A stretch of 64,000 nucleotides of DNA, taken from contig CM000151.3 in assembly GCA_000004695.1 (NCBI GenBank), forward strand, positions 224,001 to 288,000, written 5' to 3'. Below the pieces are notes generated by a model. That model did no database searches. It was not told the DNA's origin and saw only the letters and a list, made by a program, of their open reading frames with translations. Shown here piece by piece: positions 13,818 to 24,587 of this stretch (position 1 is its first letter; every line of letters begins with the position of its first letter). The position numbers and the translations under genes were made by a program. The stretch comes from Dictyostelium discoideum (Eukaryota).

Positions 13818-14738
13818 CTCATCGTTAAACAAGATCAAAAATATTGTTAAATATGTACAATTTAAAAACAATAGTAAGTAACTGAAAGGAATTTTTTTTT
13901 TTTTATTGTTATTGTTTTTTTTTAAATATAAATATGGAATATTATACCCCCCACTCACCAATAAACAAATAAAAAAAATTATTATTATTTTAAAATTATA
14001 CAAATATACACATGTGGGGTAAAATAACAATTCAAAAAAAACACACACAAACAAACCATTTTTTCATTTTTTATTATTATTTTTTTTTTTTATTTTTTTA
14101 ATTTATTTTTTTATTTTTTATTTTTTTTATTTCTTTTTTTAAATTTATTTATTTTTGAAACTCAATACGATACTATTTGATTTCACATAATAAAATTTTA
14201 TTTATTCAATTAATTTTTTTAAAATAAATAGTTTTTTTTTTTTTGGTTATTTTGGTTTTTTTTTGGTTTTTTTTTTCCAATTTCAAGATTAATAAATTAA
14301 ATTATTTAATTTAGAAAATACTACTTTGATATTTTACAATACTATTAAAATTAATTTTAATTTAGTAATTTTAAAATATTAAATTAATATTTTTAAAAAA
14401 AAAAAAAAATAATCCCTAAAAAATTCATTATTTATATATTTATTTATTTATTTATTTTTCATTTTATTTATTTCCAATTACTTTTTATAAAAAATTTTAA
14501 ATACAATAAAATTAATAAGAACAAACAAAAACAGGAAAAAGTAATAATAAAATTATTTTTACATATAAAATAATAAATTATGTAGGTATATATATTTATA
14601 TAATTTAAATACTATTAAAAAATTTTTATTGTAAAAATTTTAAATTATATCTTATTTAATGGTCAATAATATGTTTCAATACTAGTTAATTAATTTTTTA
14701 TAAAAATTTGGAATTAAAAAAAAAAAAAAAAAATTTTA

Positions 14739-14785
<47 letters not shown>

Positions 14786-15131
14786 TTGTTTTTGATATTA
14801 ATCAAATTAAATTTATTCATATTATCGAAATCCTATTTTTAATAAAAATAAAAAAAATCAATAGTAGATTGTTTTTAAAATTTACAAATTAAAATTGATG
14901 CAATTATAATAATAATTATAACAATAATAGTTTATATTCCAAACATTTATTTTATTTTTATTATTTTATTTTTTTAAAATTTTTAAATTTTTATTTATTT
15001 AAAAGAAAAAATAAAAATACTGTTTTTTCTTTGTTTGTGTTCTTATTCATATGTATTATCATTATTTTATTTTATTTTTTTTTTTTTTATTTTTTTACTA
15101 AAGATATTGTTATAAAAATCAATCTTAAAAT

Positions 15132-15171
<40 letters not shown>

Positions 15172-15230
15172 GAAACCAAATCAAACAATATTTTCTCTCC
15201 CTATCTTTATTCCAAACCCAACATCATCAA

Positions 15231-15320
15231 TTTATGACACACACTCACATATATACACTCTATATAACCCCTCACTCACACACAAAATTTTACACACACA
15301 CATACACACACACCCTCTCT
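15231..15320. promoter_or_regulatory. CA-rich element cluster (CAE-like) about 1.9 kb upstream of the kinase gene
   Basis: CACACACTCACATATATACACTC...CCCCTCACTCACACACAAAATTTTACACACACACATACACACACACCCTCTCT. Similar CA boxes at 13931-14050 and 16520-16600. Confidence 0.2.
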
Positions 15321-15834
15321 AAGTGAGAGAGAATATACTTATTTATACATATTCAAAACACAAAAACACATTTACTACCTATATATATCCAATTTAATTT
15401 ATATTAGCACATTTAAAAATATATTTAAAACATATTAATTAATAATAATTTAAAATTATTTATTTATTTTTTTATTTTTATGGAATTAAATAAAAAAATA
15501 ATAATAATTTTAATCATTAAATATTTAAATTAATTATTAAATTTCCAAACTAATCATTAATTGATTAAGCTATCATCAGTTAAATAAAAAAAATAATATT
15601 AATAATAAAAATAATAATAATAAAATTAATTTTTTTTTTTTATATAAAATTATAAATAAAATAAAATTATAATAAAATAATTTAAACTATTAATTTAAAG
15701 AAATTGTTTTTTTTTTTTTTTACATTTACAATTTATCTTTAACCTTATAAAAAAAAAACTTTTAAACTAATTATTATTGGTTTTTATTAATAGCTCAACA
15801 GGGTAAAAATTGTATTTCATTTTTTTACTATTTT

Positions 15835-15868
<34 letters not shown>

Positions 15869-16315
15869 GTTTGAACTTAAAGTTCATTGTTTGATATACA
15901 TATATATCATAGAGTTTTTTTTTTTTTTTTTTTTTTTTTGTGTAATTTTTGGTATTAGTATTTTCATTTGTTTTATATTATTTTTTTGAAAAAAATAAAA
16001 TAAAAAAAAAAATTGATCACAATAAAAAATTATAATTTTTTATTTAAAAAAAACATTATAATTTTATTTATTTATTAATTTTTTTCTATTGATTTTTTTT
16101 TTTTTTTTATTAAAACTTTTTTATTTATTTATTATTTATTTTTTATTTCAAGTTTGTTGTTTTATTTTTATTTTATTTTTTTAATTTATAAAGTATAAAA
16201 TATTAACCCTTAAAATAAATTGAAATAACAATAATAAAAAAAAAAAAAAAAAAAAAAAAAAACTTGATTTTTAGTTTAAAGAATTTCACACATAATCAAC
16301 AACTCTAGATTTGAA

Positions 16316-16373
<58 letters not shown>

Positions 16374-17164
16374 AAATAAATATTTAATAATCTCCAAAAA
16401 TACATCCTCACCCAAATTCCCATCATTTATTTAAAAAAAAAAAGATTAACGCATCCATTCAAAAAAAAATAATTAAATATTTGCCCACTACTTCGTTTTG
16501 ATTCTATTTTTAAAAAAATAACAGAAAAAAAAAAAAAAACACCACCACAACACAAACGAGCTCGTGAAAAAACACTCATACTCACACAAATTTTATAAAA
16601 CACAAAAAAAAAAAAAAAAATTAAATTTAAAATAATTAAAAAAATAAATAACAAAAATAACAAAAATAACAATAATTTTCTTCATTTTAAAATAATAATT
16701 ATATTCAATAACAAAAAAAAAATTATAATATAATATAAACATATTGACATTTTTTGATTAAAATCAAATTTGCTTATTCATTTTTAATTATTTTTTAAAT
16801 CAAAAAAAAAATCAAAAAAAAAAAAATTCAAAAAAAAAAAAAAAAATTAAATTAAAAAAAAAAAAAATATAAAAAAAAAAAAAAAAAAGAATTTTTTTTT
16901 TTAAAATTTTATTTTATTTTACATTTATCGCAAGGTGTGCTAATTTTTTTTTTACACTTTAAAATTATTTTATTTTTTTTTTTTTTTAAAAAAAAATAAA
17001 CATAAATCAAATATAAAAAAACTATCAACAAATATCAAATAAAACAAAAGTCAAGACATACAATTTGTGTATGAAAAAATAAAAAAATAAAAAATAGAAA
17101 ATAAAAAAATAAACTATTCAATTAGAAATATATATATATATAAAAACATTTAAAAAATAATAAA

Positions 17165-19803
17165 ATGATATCAATGGACTCAACCCCAACATTGAATTTT
17201 GAAACATCAGGTAAATATTATTATTTATTATTATTATTTATTATTTATTATTTATTATTTATTATTTATTATTTAAAATAGTAATAACAAAACAATAATA
17301 ATAGTGATAATAAAAAAAAAAAAAATAAAAAAAAATAAAAAAAAATAAAAAAAAAATAATCTTTCGTTTCGTTTTTTTTTTTTTTTTTTTTTTTTTTTTG
17401 GTTGATTAAGTGAAAAAATAACAATAATAAAAAAATAAAAAAAATAAAAAATAAATAAATTAAATTATAAATTAAATTATTAATTAAAAAAATTTTTTTT
17501 TTTTTTTTTTTATTATATTAAAAAAAATAATAATAATAATAAAAAAAAAAGATAATCTGGATGGATTACCGGATGGATCAAATGCATTTAAAATAAATAT
17601 AGATGATTTGGAATTTGGACAAGAAATTGGTAAAGGTGCATATGGTAAAATTTTTAAAGGTGAATATTTTGGAACACCAGTTGCAATTAAAGAGATATCA
17701 TTACAACCAAACGATGTGAAATATAAAGATTTAACCAAATTTATACAGAGAGAAGTAGCAATGTTAAGATTTAGTCATCCAAATTTAGTTCAATTCATTG
17801 GAGTATCGGAAAGAGGATCCAGTCTATACATTGTTACAGAGTTTGTACAGGGTGGTGATTTAGCTTATTATTTATTTAGAAATAAATTTGATGACACTCC
17901 AGAACAGTATATACACAGAAAAGTGAATGTCGGAAGTAGCTCAACACCCGACCTATCGGACCCGACCGTTCACAACGGCGAGAAGTTGGTGCAGTTGGCA
18001 TGGCCGTTGCGTATAAAGATAGCCTATGACGTTGCCTGCGCAATGGCGTATCTCCACTCGAGGAATGTGATACACCGTGATTTGAAATCCACAAATTTAT
18101 TAGTTGGCGACAATTGGAGAATCAAAGTTTGTGATATGGGATTCGCCAGAACTGCACAGGTCGGCGGAGGGTCAAGAGCAAAGCGAACAATGACCATCTG
18201 CGGAACCACAAATTGCATGGCGCCAGAGGTCGTGCTCGGCCAAGATTATAATGAGGCGTGCGATGTCTTCTCCTATGGTATTGTGCTATCGGAGATTATC
18301 ACTCGTATGGATACAACAAATAATCTTAGACCTTCGTCTTTAAAGTACGGTTTGGATGTCGATGTCTTATTACCATTGGTTCCAAAAGATTGTCCACCAC
18401 CATTTTTAAAATTGGTTCTAGATTGCACTGAATATGATCCAGACAATAGACCTACCTTTAAAGAAATCACAGAACGTTTAAAAAGTTTAACTAAAAAATT
18501 ATCAACACCTCACATTTTACCACCTTTAAGAGTTTTAGCACAATCACCATTAACATCACCAATTCAATCACCAATTTCAACTAAAAATCAATTTAATCCA
18601 AATTTATTTAAATCAATTGTACATAATAATCATAATCATAGTAGTAGTAGTAATAATAGTAGCGGATATAATAATAATAGTAATCATAATATAAATATAA
18701 CAGTAAATAGCATAAATATAAATAGTAGTAATATAAATAATAATAATAATAATAATAATATAAATAATAATAATAATAATAATAATAATATTAGTTTTTC
18801 AGGAAGACAAGAAGAGTTAATGTCACCAATATCAATGGGAGATGAAAGTGATTTAGATTCCGATGATGAGGATGATTCTTATACTTCTTCAGCTTCTTCA
18901 AGTAGATGTAATTCAAGAAACGGTAAAATTATAAATGGAGGAAAACAAATGGGTTATATAATAAAACATCATTATAGTAGTGATTTGGAATCATCGCCTA
19001 ATGGTAATAATATTAATAACAACAACAATAACAATAATAACAACAACAACAACAACAACAATAATAATAATAATAATAATAATAGCGGCAATAATGGAAT
19101 TTGTATAAATAGTTTAAGTTTAGGAGTATCGTCATCACCAATTCAAATTGGATTATCATCAAAATCACCAACACCACCATCAATGTCACCACCAACTTCT
19201 GTAAAATCTTATCATCCAAATAATAATAATAATAATATCAATATCAACAACACCAACACCAACATCAACAATAATAAAATTTCATCATCACCACCAGTTA
19301 AAAATTCACCAAAATCAAATAGATTTTCAAATGGATCATTAAAACAACAATTTCAACAATATCAACAACAACAACAACAATTATTTTTAAATATTAATGA
19401 AGATGATAAAGAATTGGAGGAATTATCAAAATCAATTGATGATACTTTTAGATTACATTTTTCACCTTTAAATATTTCACCAACTCAAAATAATAATAAC
19501 AATAATAACAATAGCAATAATAACAATGGTAATGTTAATCATAATCATCATCATTTAAATCAACATAGTCATATTAATGGTCATTTAATATCACCAACAA
19601 TTATATCTTCATCATCAACAACTTCTTCATCAACTTCAACACCTTCTTTAGTTAGTTTAACTTCATCTAGGGATCACCATCATCATCACATATCTGTAAC
19701 CTCTTCTCCAACTAATATCAAACCATTATCTTCTTCAATTGCCTCAAATTCTTCAGTCTTCACTCCGTTAGGTAGTGGATTAACAAGAACTGTACAAAGT
19801 TAA
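17165..19803 (+). CDS. protein kinase, TKL (tyrosine-kinase-like) group, with a long C-terminal Asn/Ser/Gln-rich low-complexity tail. Two exons 17165-17210 and 17552-19803.
   Basis: Exon 1 MISMDSTPTLNFETS, donor CAG|GTAAAT. 341-bp A/T intron. Acceptor AAAAAG|AT at 17551, phase 1. Kinase motifs: GKGAYGKIFKG (G-loop), VAIKE, HRDLKSTN, DMGFAR (DFG variant), CGTTNCMAPE, DVFSYGIVLSEI. The track start 17608 is TTG. Confidence 0.75.
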
Positions 19804-19818
19804 CTTCATGAAAAATAA

Positions 19819-19855
<37 letters not shown>

Positions 19856-20300
19856 CTATTTAAAAAAATTAATAATAAAAAAAAATAAAATAAAATAAAA
19901 AAAAAAAAAATAATAATAAAAAAATAAAATACAATGAAATAAAAACAAATATTTATTTATTTCAACATATAATATTTATTTATTTATTTTTACATTTTCT
20001 TTTTTTTTTTTTTTTACTTTATTTTTTTTTTTTTTTGTAATTATGATACCATTTCTTTAAAATTAAAAAATTATATCCCATTTACAATATTTTTAGAATA
20101 TTAAAAGACACACAAAATGACGATCATCACAAAATATTTTTTTTTTTTTTTTATTCCAAAACATAATTTTAAATTTCTTGTTTAATAAAGAAAAATTAGA
20201 ATTTATTATTATAATATTTTATATAATTATTTTATGGGGAAGAAAGAAATAAAAATTCGAAATCTTAATAGTATCTTCAGAAAATTATAAAAATTCAATG

Positions 20301-20395
20301 AACCGATCACAATGATCATGAATTGATTTTTTTATTTTTTTTTATTTTTTTTATTTTTTTTTTTTTGAAAAAGCTAAAAATATCTTTTTTTTTTT
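20301..20395. promoter_or_regulatory. conserved upstream module of surface-protein paralog 1 (GAACCGATCACAATGATCA ... AAAGCTAAAAATATCTTTTTTTT)
   Basis: The same two boxes recur upstream of paralog 2 (24363-24433). The second box recurs upstream of paralog 3 (28631-28655), 110-165 bp before the start codons. Confidence 0.35.
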
Positions 20396-20470
20396 TTTTT
20401 TAAGTAAATAATAAATTTATTTATTTTTTTTATTATGATGGTCAAAAAAAAAAAAAAAAAACAATTGACA

Positions 20471-20505
<35 letters not shown>

Positions 20506-20514
20506 ATAATAAAA

Positions 20515-23500
20515 ATGAAAATAAAATTTATAAATTATTTATTATTATTTTTTATTATTTTTTTAAATTATAATGGATTTGTAAAATCAGATTGTTATCA
20601 AGAACTCGATTTGGTTTTATCTAATTCTTGTAGAAATGGCCCATCAAAATTAGTTATTCATGAAAGTATTTATTCTTTTGAAAGTATTGAATTGACTCCA
20701 TTTGTTCAACCAAAATTACTAAATTATTATTCTTGGGATTTACAAGATGGAATTAATTATTTCATAAGTTACAGATACAAGAATTGTAGTAATATAATTT
20801 CTAAACCATTTGCTTCAAAAGGAATGTATTATAAACTTTTAGCGGAACCATTATGTTTAAATACATATATTCCAGTTAGAGTTTATAATTGGGGTGCAGG
20901 TGGTATAGAATATAATTTTTATAGTGTTCCATCAACGATTTGGGTTAATTCACAAAATGGTTTATGTAGTTTCCAATCACCAATTTCTCCACAAAGTTAC
21001 ACAAAAGGTGTATTAAATGATGGTGCACTCAAATTCGTTGGACCAACATGTGGTTTTAAAAATGGTACGATTACAATTGATTTAACCAAAGGTTATTCAA
21101 ATTATCATTTATTCCTTCAATCAGATTACCTTTTTGATAATGAAATTCAACCATCTTCAGAAGGTTTTTACAATGGATTGGAATCTGAAAATTACTCCCT
21201 TTTCGTTGATTCTGAACAGTGTGCTACTGAAAGAATTGAAATTTACATGAAGGATGTTTTCGCTCCATTGGAAATTGATTTTGAGAATGTTCCAGACTTA
21301 TTCCATAATTCAACAATTTCACTATCATTATCAAGTGGTAATAATGGAATTTTAAATAACACAAATATAAATGCTTTTGTAATACAATCAGAACGTTTAC
21401 TTACAGATTGGAACCATGTCCAAACCCAAATTACTTCAAATACTTATTATGGGTACGCTTATAATAAAGACTTTTCAACGGAAGCAGGTCAGACAAAATG
21501 TGTATATTCTGAAACACTTTTATTTGATAATTATTCCCCAAATTTCAATTTCACAATTTCAAAAAGTGAAAGTTGTTTAGAAAATGTTTCAATTACATTC
21601 TATCCATTACCAAATCAAAATATTAAAGTTTATGATTATAGCTCAGAGTCTGGTATTCCATTCTCAATGAAGGATAACGTTTTATCAGTTGAAAATAATT
21701 TAAATTTATGGATTTTTGATACCAATCAAAATTATGGTATTGTTCATTCAACTGTTTTTGATATACCATCTTATAAAATTATTGAAACTTCAAATGGAAT
21801 TGGATGTTGGAAAACTTATAATATTACAATTGTAAATTATGAAAATTATAAAAATCTAAGAATTCATTTTTATAATGAAAATAGTGAATTTAATTTTTAT
21901 CCAGTAGAAGGTGTATTTATAAATGTACCTGCATTGTATTACTATGTTACTTATAATGCTGGTGATTGTGAAACTGAATCATACTTTGTAATTGATAAAC
22001 TTGATAGAAATACTCCAATGGATAATGTAGTTTTGGAATTCAACACATTGGAAATTGGTAATTGTACACATGAAACTTCATTCATGGTGACTGTGAAATC
22101 AGTATTCGGTAGCTATTCAAAAACTATGCAAACATTCTATGATAAAGAATTTACTATATTCCTTCCAAATTGTTCATGTCAGATTAATGGCATTTACGTA
22201 GCACCCCGCTTAATTGATGGTGATTCACTTATTTATGAATTATTAACAGATCCAAATTGTAATTCTACTGATACTTTAATTAGATTTACTTCTCCTTCCC
22301 AAGATTATTCAATATCATCTGTATATCAAAATGGTGTTCAATTGCAATATTATAACAATTTAAATGGTTATTATATTAGTTCAGGTGAAAATAATATTAC
22401 AGTTAATTATGAAGGTGATCAATATTGTTATAGAACTGAAACAATAACTATTCAATCAGTTTATGAAGTACCATTGGTCCAAATTACACCAGTTTCAGAT
22501 TGTAGAAATCCAAATGGAAAAATTGAAATTTCAAATTTCCAAATTTTCTATAACTTAGAGCTTGTATTTAATTCAAATAGTAAACCAATTAATCAAGGCT
22601 TTATTGAGAATCTTGCATCCGGTACATATACAATTAATTATTACAGCAATCAAACATGTATAAATTCTATCACTGTTTATGTACCATCTTCAGAAAATGT
22701 AGCAGAAATTACAACATCAGTAATTAGCAATCCAACTTGTGATAATGGTCCTTTCTCTGATGGTATGATCAGAGTAGCTCTTAAATATGAAGGTAATCAA
22801 ATTAATAATTTCACAATCCAAAATCAAGATGCAGAATTTACCTACCTTAATGATGGTGTTTACCCAATAGCAGGTGTTGGTGTAAATAGTTTAACAATTT
22901 CATATCTTTCTTGTATATGGAAAAGAGATATTACAACAGTACTCAATAAGCCAAGCTTTACTCTGGAAAAAGTTTTTAATGATACTTGTGATCTACAAAG
23001 TGTTTATAAATTAGTATCAAGTAATCCAAATATTGAAATCGATTATATTGATTCATCAAATGGCTTTTCTTACCTAAATAACTATTATCTAGTATTTCAA
23101 AATAGTGGCGATTTTGGTTATTATGTGGCTTGGAATTCACGTTGCTATGAATATTACACTCAACAAATTATAATGGATAATTATGATAGGGATAGTAATG
23201 TTAAATATATAGATTATGAAATTGTAAAACCAGATAATTGTAATTCATTAAAAATCGATTTAATCATTACAAATATGAACAAATTCATTAGTTTAACCAT
23301 TGAAAATAAACTTCCAACACCAATTAATTCGACCCATTCAATTTTCAAAAATTTACCACCATCAAAAAGTTATGACATTTTATACACATTATTAAATGGT
23401 TGTGTCGCGTATCAAACTGTTGGTATAGATGAATTCAAATCTGGTTTTACTAAAGAAACAATAGATATCATTAAAACAAGTGATATTTGTTACTCTGGTA

Positions 23501-24096
23501 AAGCTTCAATACAATTATCAAATTTGGATTTTGATAATTATTATTATTATATTAAAAATTCAAATAGTTTAATGGGAGTTACTGATTCATACGATTCAAT
23601 TCAACCACAGCAAAGTGGTAATATTAATGGTACAATTTTACTTTCAAATTATAATCCTGGTAGTTATAAAATTTATCGTGGTTGTAAATCAATGGCAAAC
23701 TGTTATTTAGAAACAAATGTTGTTATTGAAAGTGAAGATCCAATAATTGAATCAATTTCAGTTACTGATTCATATGATAAATTAAATAATGGCACTGTTG
23801 AAATTAAATTGAATTATAATTCACCATATCCAATTAATTTTAAAATCATTGGTACTCAATTATCAAATCAAAATGGTAAATTTGGAAATTTAACACCAAA
23901 AACATACGAAGTTCAAGTTACATTAACTGATAGAATGTGTCCAGTCACTTTATCAAAATCATTTACAATTAATTTAAAAACATCACCACCAACACCATCA
24001 CCACAAGATCCATCTGATGAACTTTCAACATCCTCATTTGTTCAAGTAAATCTTTTATTCTTATCAATCTTAATTTTCACTATTTTTATTTTTTAA
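20515..24096 (+). CDS. large secreted cell-surface glycoprotein, paralog 1 (1193 aa). Signal peptide, then about 8 Cys-bracketed beta-repeat modules resembling SprB/HYR-type repeats, many N-glycosylation sequons, a Ser/Thr/Pro stalk and a hydrophobic C-terminal tail (probable GPI signal).
   Basis: MKIKFINYLLLFFIIFLNYNGFVKS signal. Modules such as PVSDCRNPNGKIEISN...NLASGTYTINYYSNQTCINSITVYVP and DSYDKLNNGTVEIKLN...GNLTPKTYEVQVTLTDRMCPVTLSKSFTINLK. C-terminus TSPPTPSPQDPSDELSTSSFVQVNLLFLSILIFTIFIF-stop. Intronless ORF. Confidence 0.7.
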   Translation: MKIKFINYLLLFFIIFLNYNGFVKSDCYQELDLVLSNSCRNGPSKLVIHESIYSFESIELTPFVQPKLLNYYSWDLQDGINYFISYRYKNCSNIISKPFASKGMYYKLLAEPLCLNTYIPVRVYNWGAGGIEYNFYSVPSTIWVNSQNGLCSFQSPISPQSYTKGVLNDGALKFVGPTCGFKNGTITIDLTKGYSNYHLFLQSDYLFDNEIQPSSEGFYNGLESENYSLFVDSEQCATERIEIYMKDVFAPLEIDFENVPDLFHNSTISLSLSSGNNGILNNTNINAFVIQSERLLTDWNHVQTQITSNTYYGYAYNKDFSTEAGQTKCVYSETLLFDNYSPNFNFTISKSESCLENVSITFYPLPNQNIKVYDYSSESGIPFSMKDNVLSVENNLNLWIFDTNQNYGIVHSTVFDIPSYKIIETSNGIGCWKTYNITIVNYENYKNLRIHFYNENSEFNFYPVEGVFINVPALYYYVTYNAGDCETESYFVIDKLDRNTPMDNVVLEFNTLEIGNCTHETSFMVTVKSVFGSYSKTMQTFYDKEFTIFLPNCSCQINGIYVAPRLIDGDSLIYELLTDPNCNSTDTLIRFTSPSQDYSISSVYQNGVQLQYYNNLNGYYISSGENNITVNYEGDQYCYRTETITIQSVYEVPLVQITPVSDCRNPNGKIEISNFQIFYNLELVFNSNSKPINQGFIENLASGTYTINYYSNQTCINSITVYVPSSENVAEITTSVISNPTCDNGPFSDGMIRVALKYEGNQINNFTIQNQDAEFTYLNDGVYPIAGVGVNSLTISYLSCIWKRDITTVLNKPSFTLEKVFNDTCDLQSVYKLVSSNPNIEIDYIDSSNGFSYLNNYYLVFQNSGDFGYYVAWNSRCYEYYTQQIIMDNYDRDSNVKYIDYEIVKPDNCNSLKIDLIITNMNKFISLTIENKLPTPINSTHSIFKNLPPSKSYDILYTLLNGCVAYQTVGIDEFKSGFTKETIDIIKTSDICYSGKASIQLSNLDFDNYYYYIKNSNSLMGVTDSYDSIQPQQSGNINGTILLSNYNPGSYKIYRGCKSMANCYLETNVVIESEDPIIESISVTDSYDKLNNGTVEIKLNYNSPYPINFKIIGTQLSNQNGKFGNLTPKTYEVQVTLTDRMCPVTLSKSFTINLKTSPPTPSPQDPSDELSTSSFVQVNLLFLSILIFTIFIF

Positions 24097-24199
24097 ACTT
24101 AGAAAAAATATAAAATACAAATAAAAAATAATGATTCAAGTGTTTGCAAGGAGTTTTCTTATTTTTTTTCTTTGTAGTTTATTCTGTGATTATGTATGG

Positions 24200-24233
<34 letters not shown>

Positions 24234-24362
24234 AGGATGATTTCCTTTTTTTTTTTTTTTTTTTTTGTAAATTGGTATTTTATTTATAAAATAGAATTTT
24301 TTATTATGATAATCAATTAAATTATTTTATGGGCAAGAAAAACAAATTAAAAAAAATTCACT

Positions 24363-24433
24363 GAACCGATCACAATGATCACAACCGTTTTTTTTTTTTT
24401 TTTTTTTCGAAAAGCTAAAAATATCTTTTTTTT
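24363..24433. promoter_or_regulatory. conserved upstream module of paralog 2 (CTGAACCGATCACAATGATCACAACCG ... CGAAAAGCTAAAAATATCTTTTTTTT)
   Basis: Near-identical to the 20301-20395 boxes. Confidence 0.35.
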
Positions 24434-24587
24434 TTTTAATTTAATTTAATTTTATTTTATTTTATTTTATTTTATTTTTTTTTTTTTTTCAAACCAATCA
24501 AAAAAAAAAAAAAAAAAAAAAAAAACCTTAAAATAATTTTTTTTTTTTTTTTATAAAAAATTTTTAATAATAATATTAATAATAAAA

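Noticed and set aside
12557-16672. Small ORFs in the A/T desert (12557-12778, 13725-14054, 15031-15237, 16427-16672) and similar ones at 38296-38619, 49013-49195, 51189-51449
   Set aside because: Poly-F/K/N translations of homopolymer runs. No coding-type composition and no ATG context.
17876-18470. Three minus-strand ORFs (17876-18094, 18024-18218, 18273-18470) inside the kinase
   Set aside because: They appear only because the GC-rich patch is poor in stop codons. They are antisense to a well-supported kinase frame.
19013-19219. Minus-strand Tyr/Cys-rich ORF
   Set aside because: Reverse complement of (AAT/AAC)n poly-Asn coding in the kinase tail.
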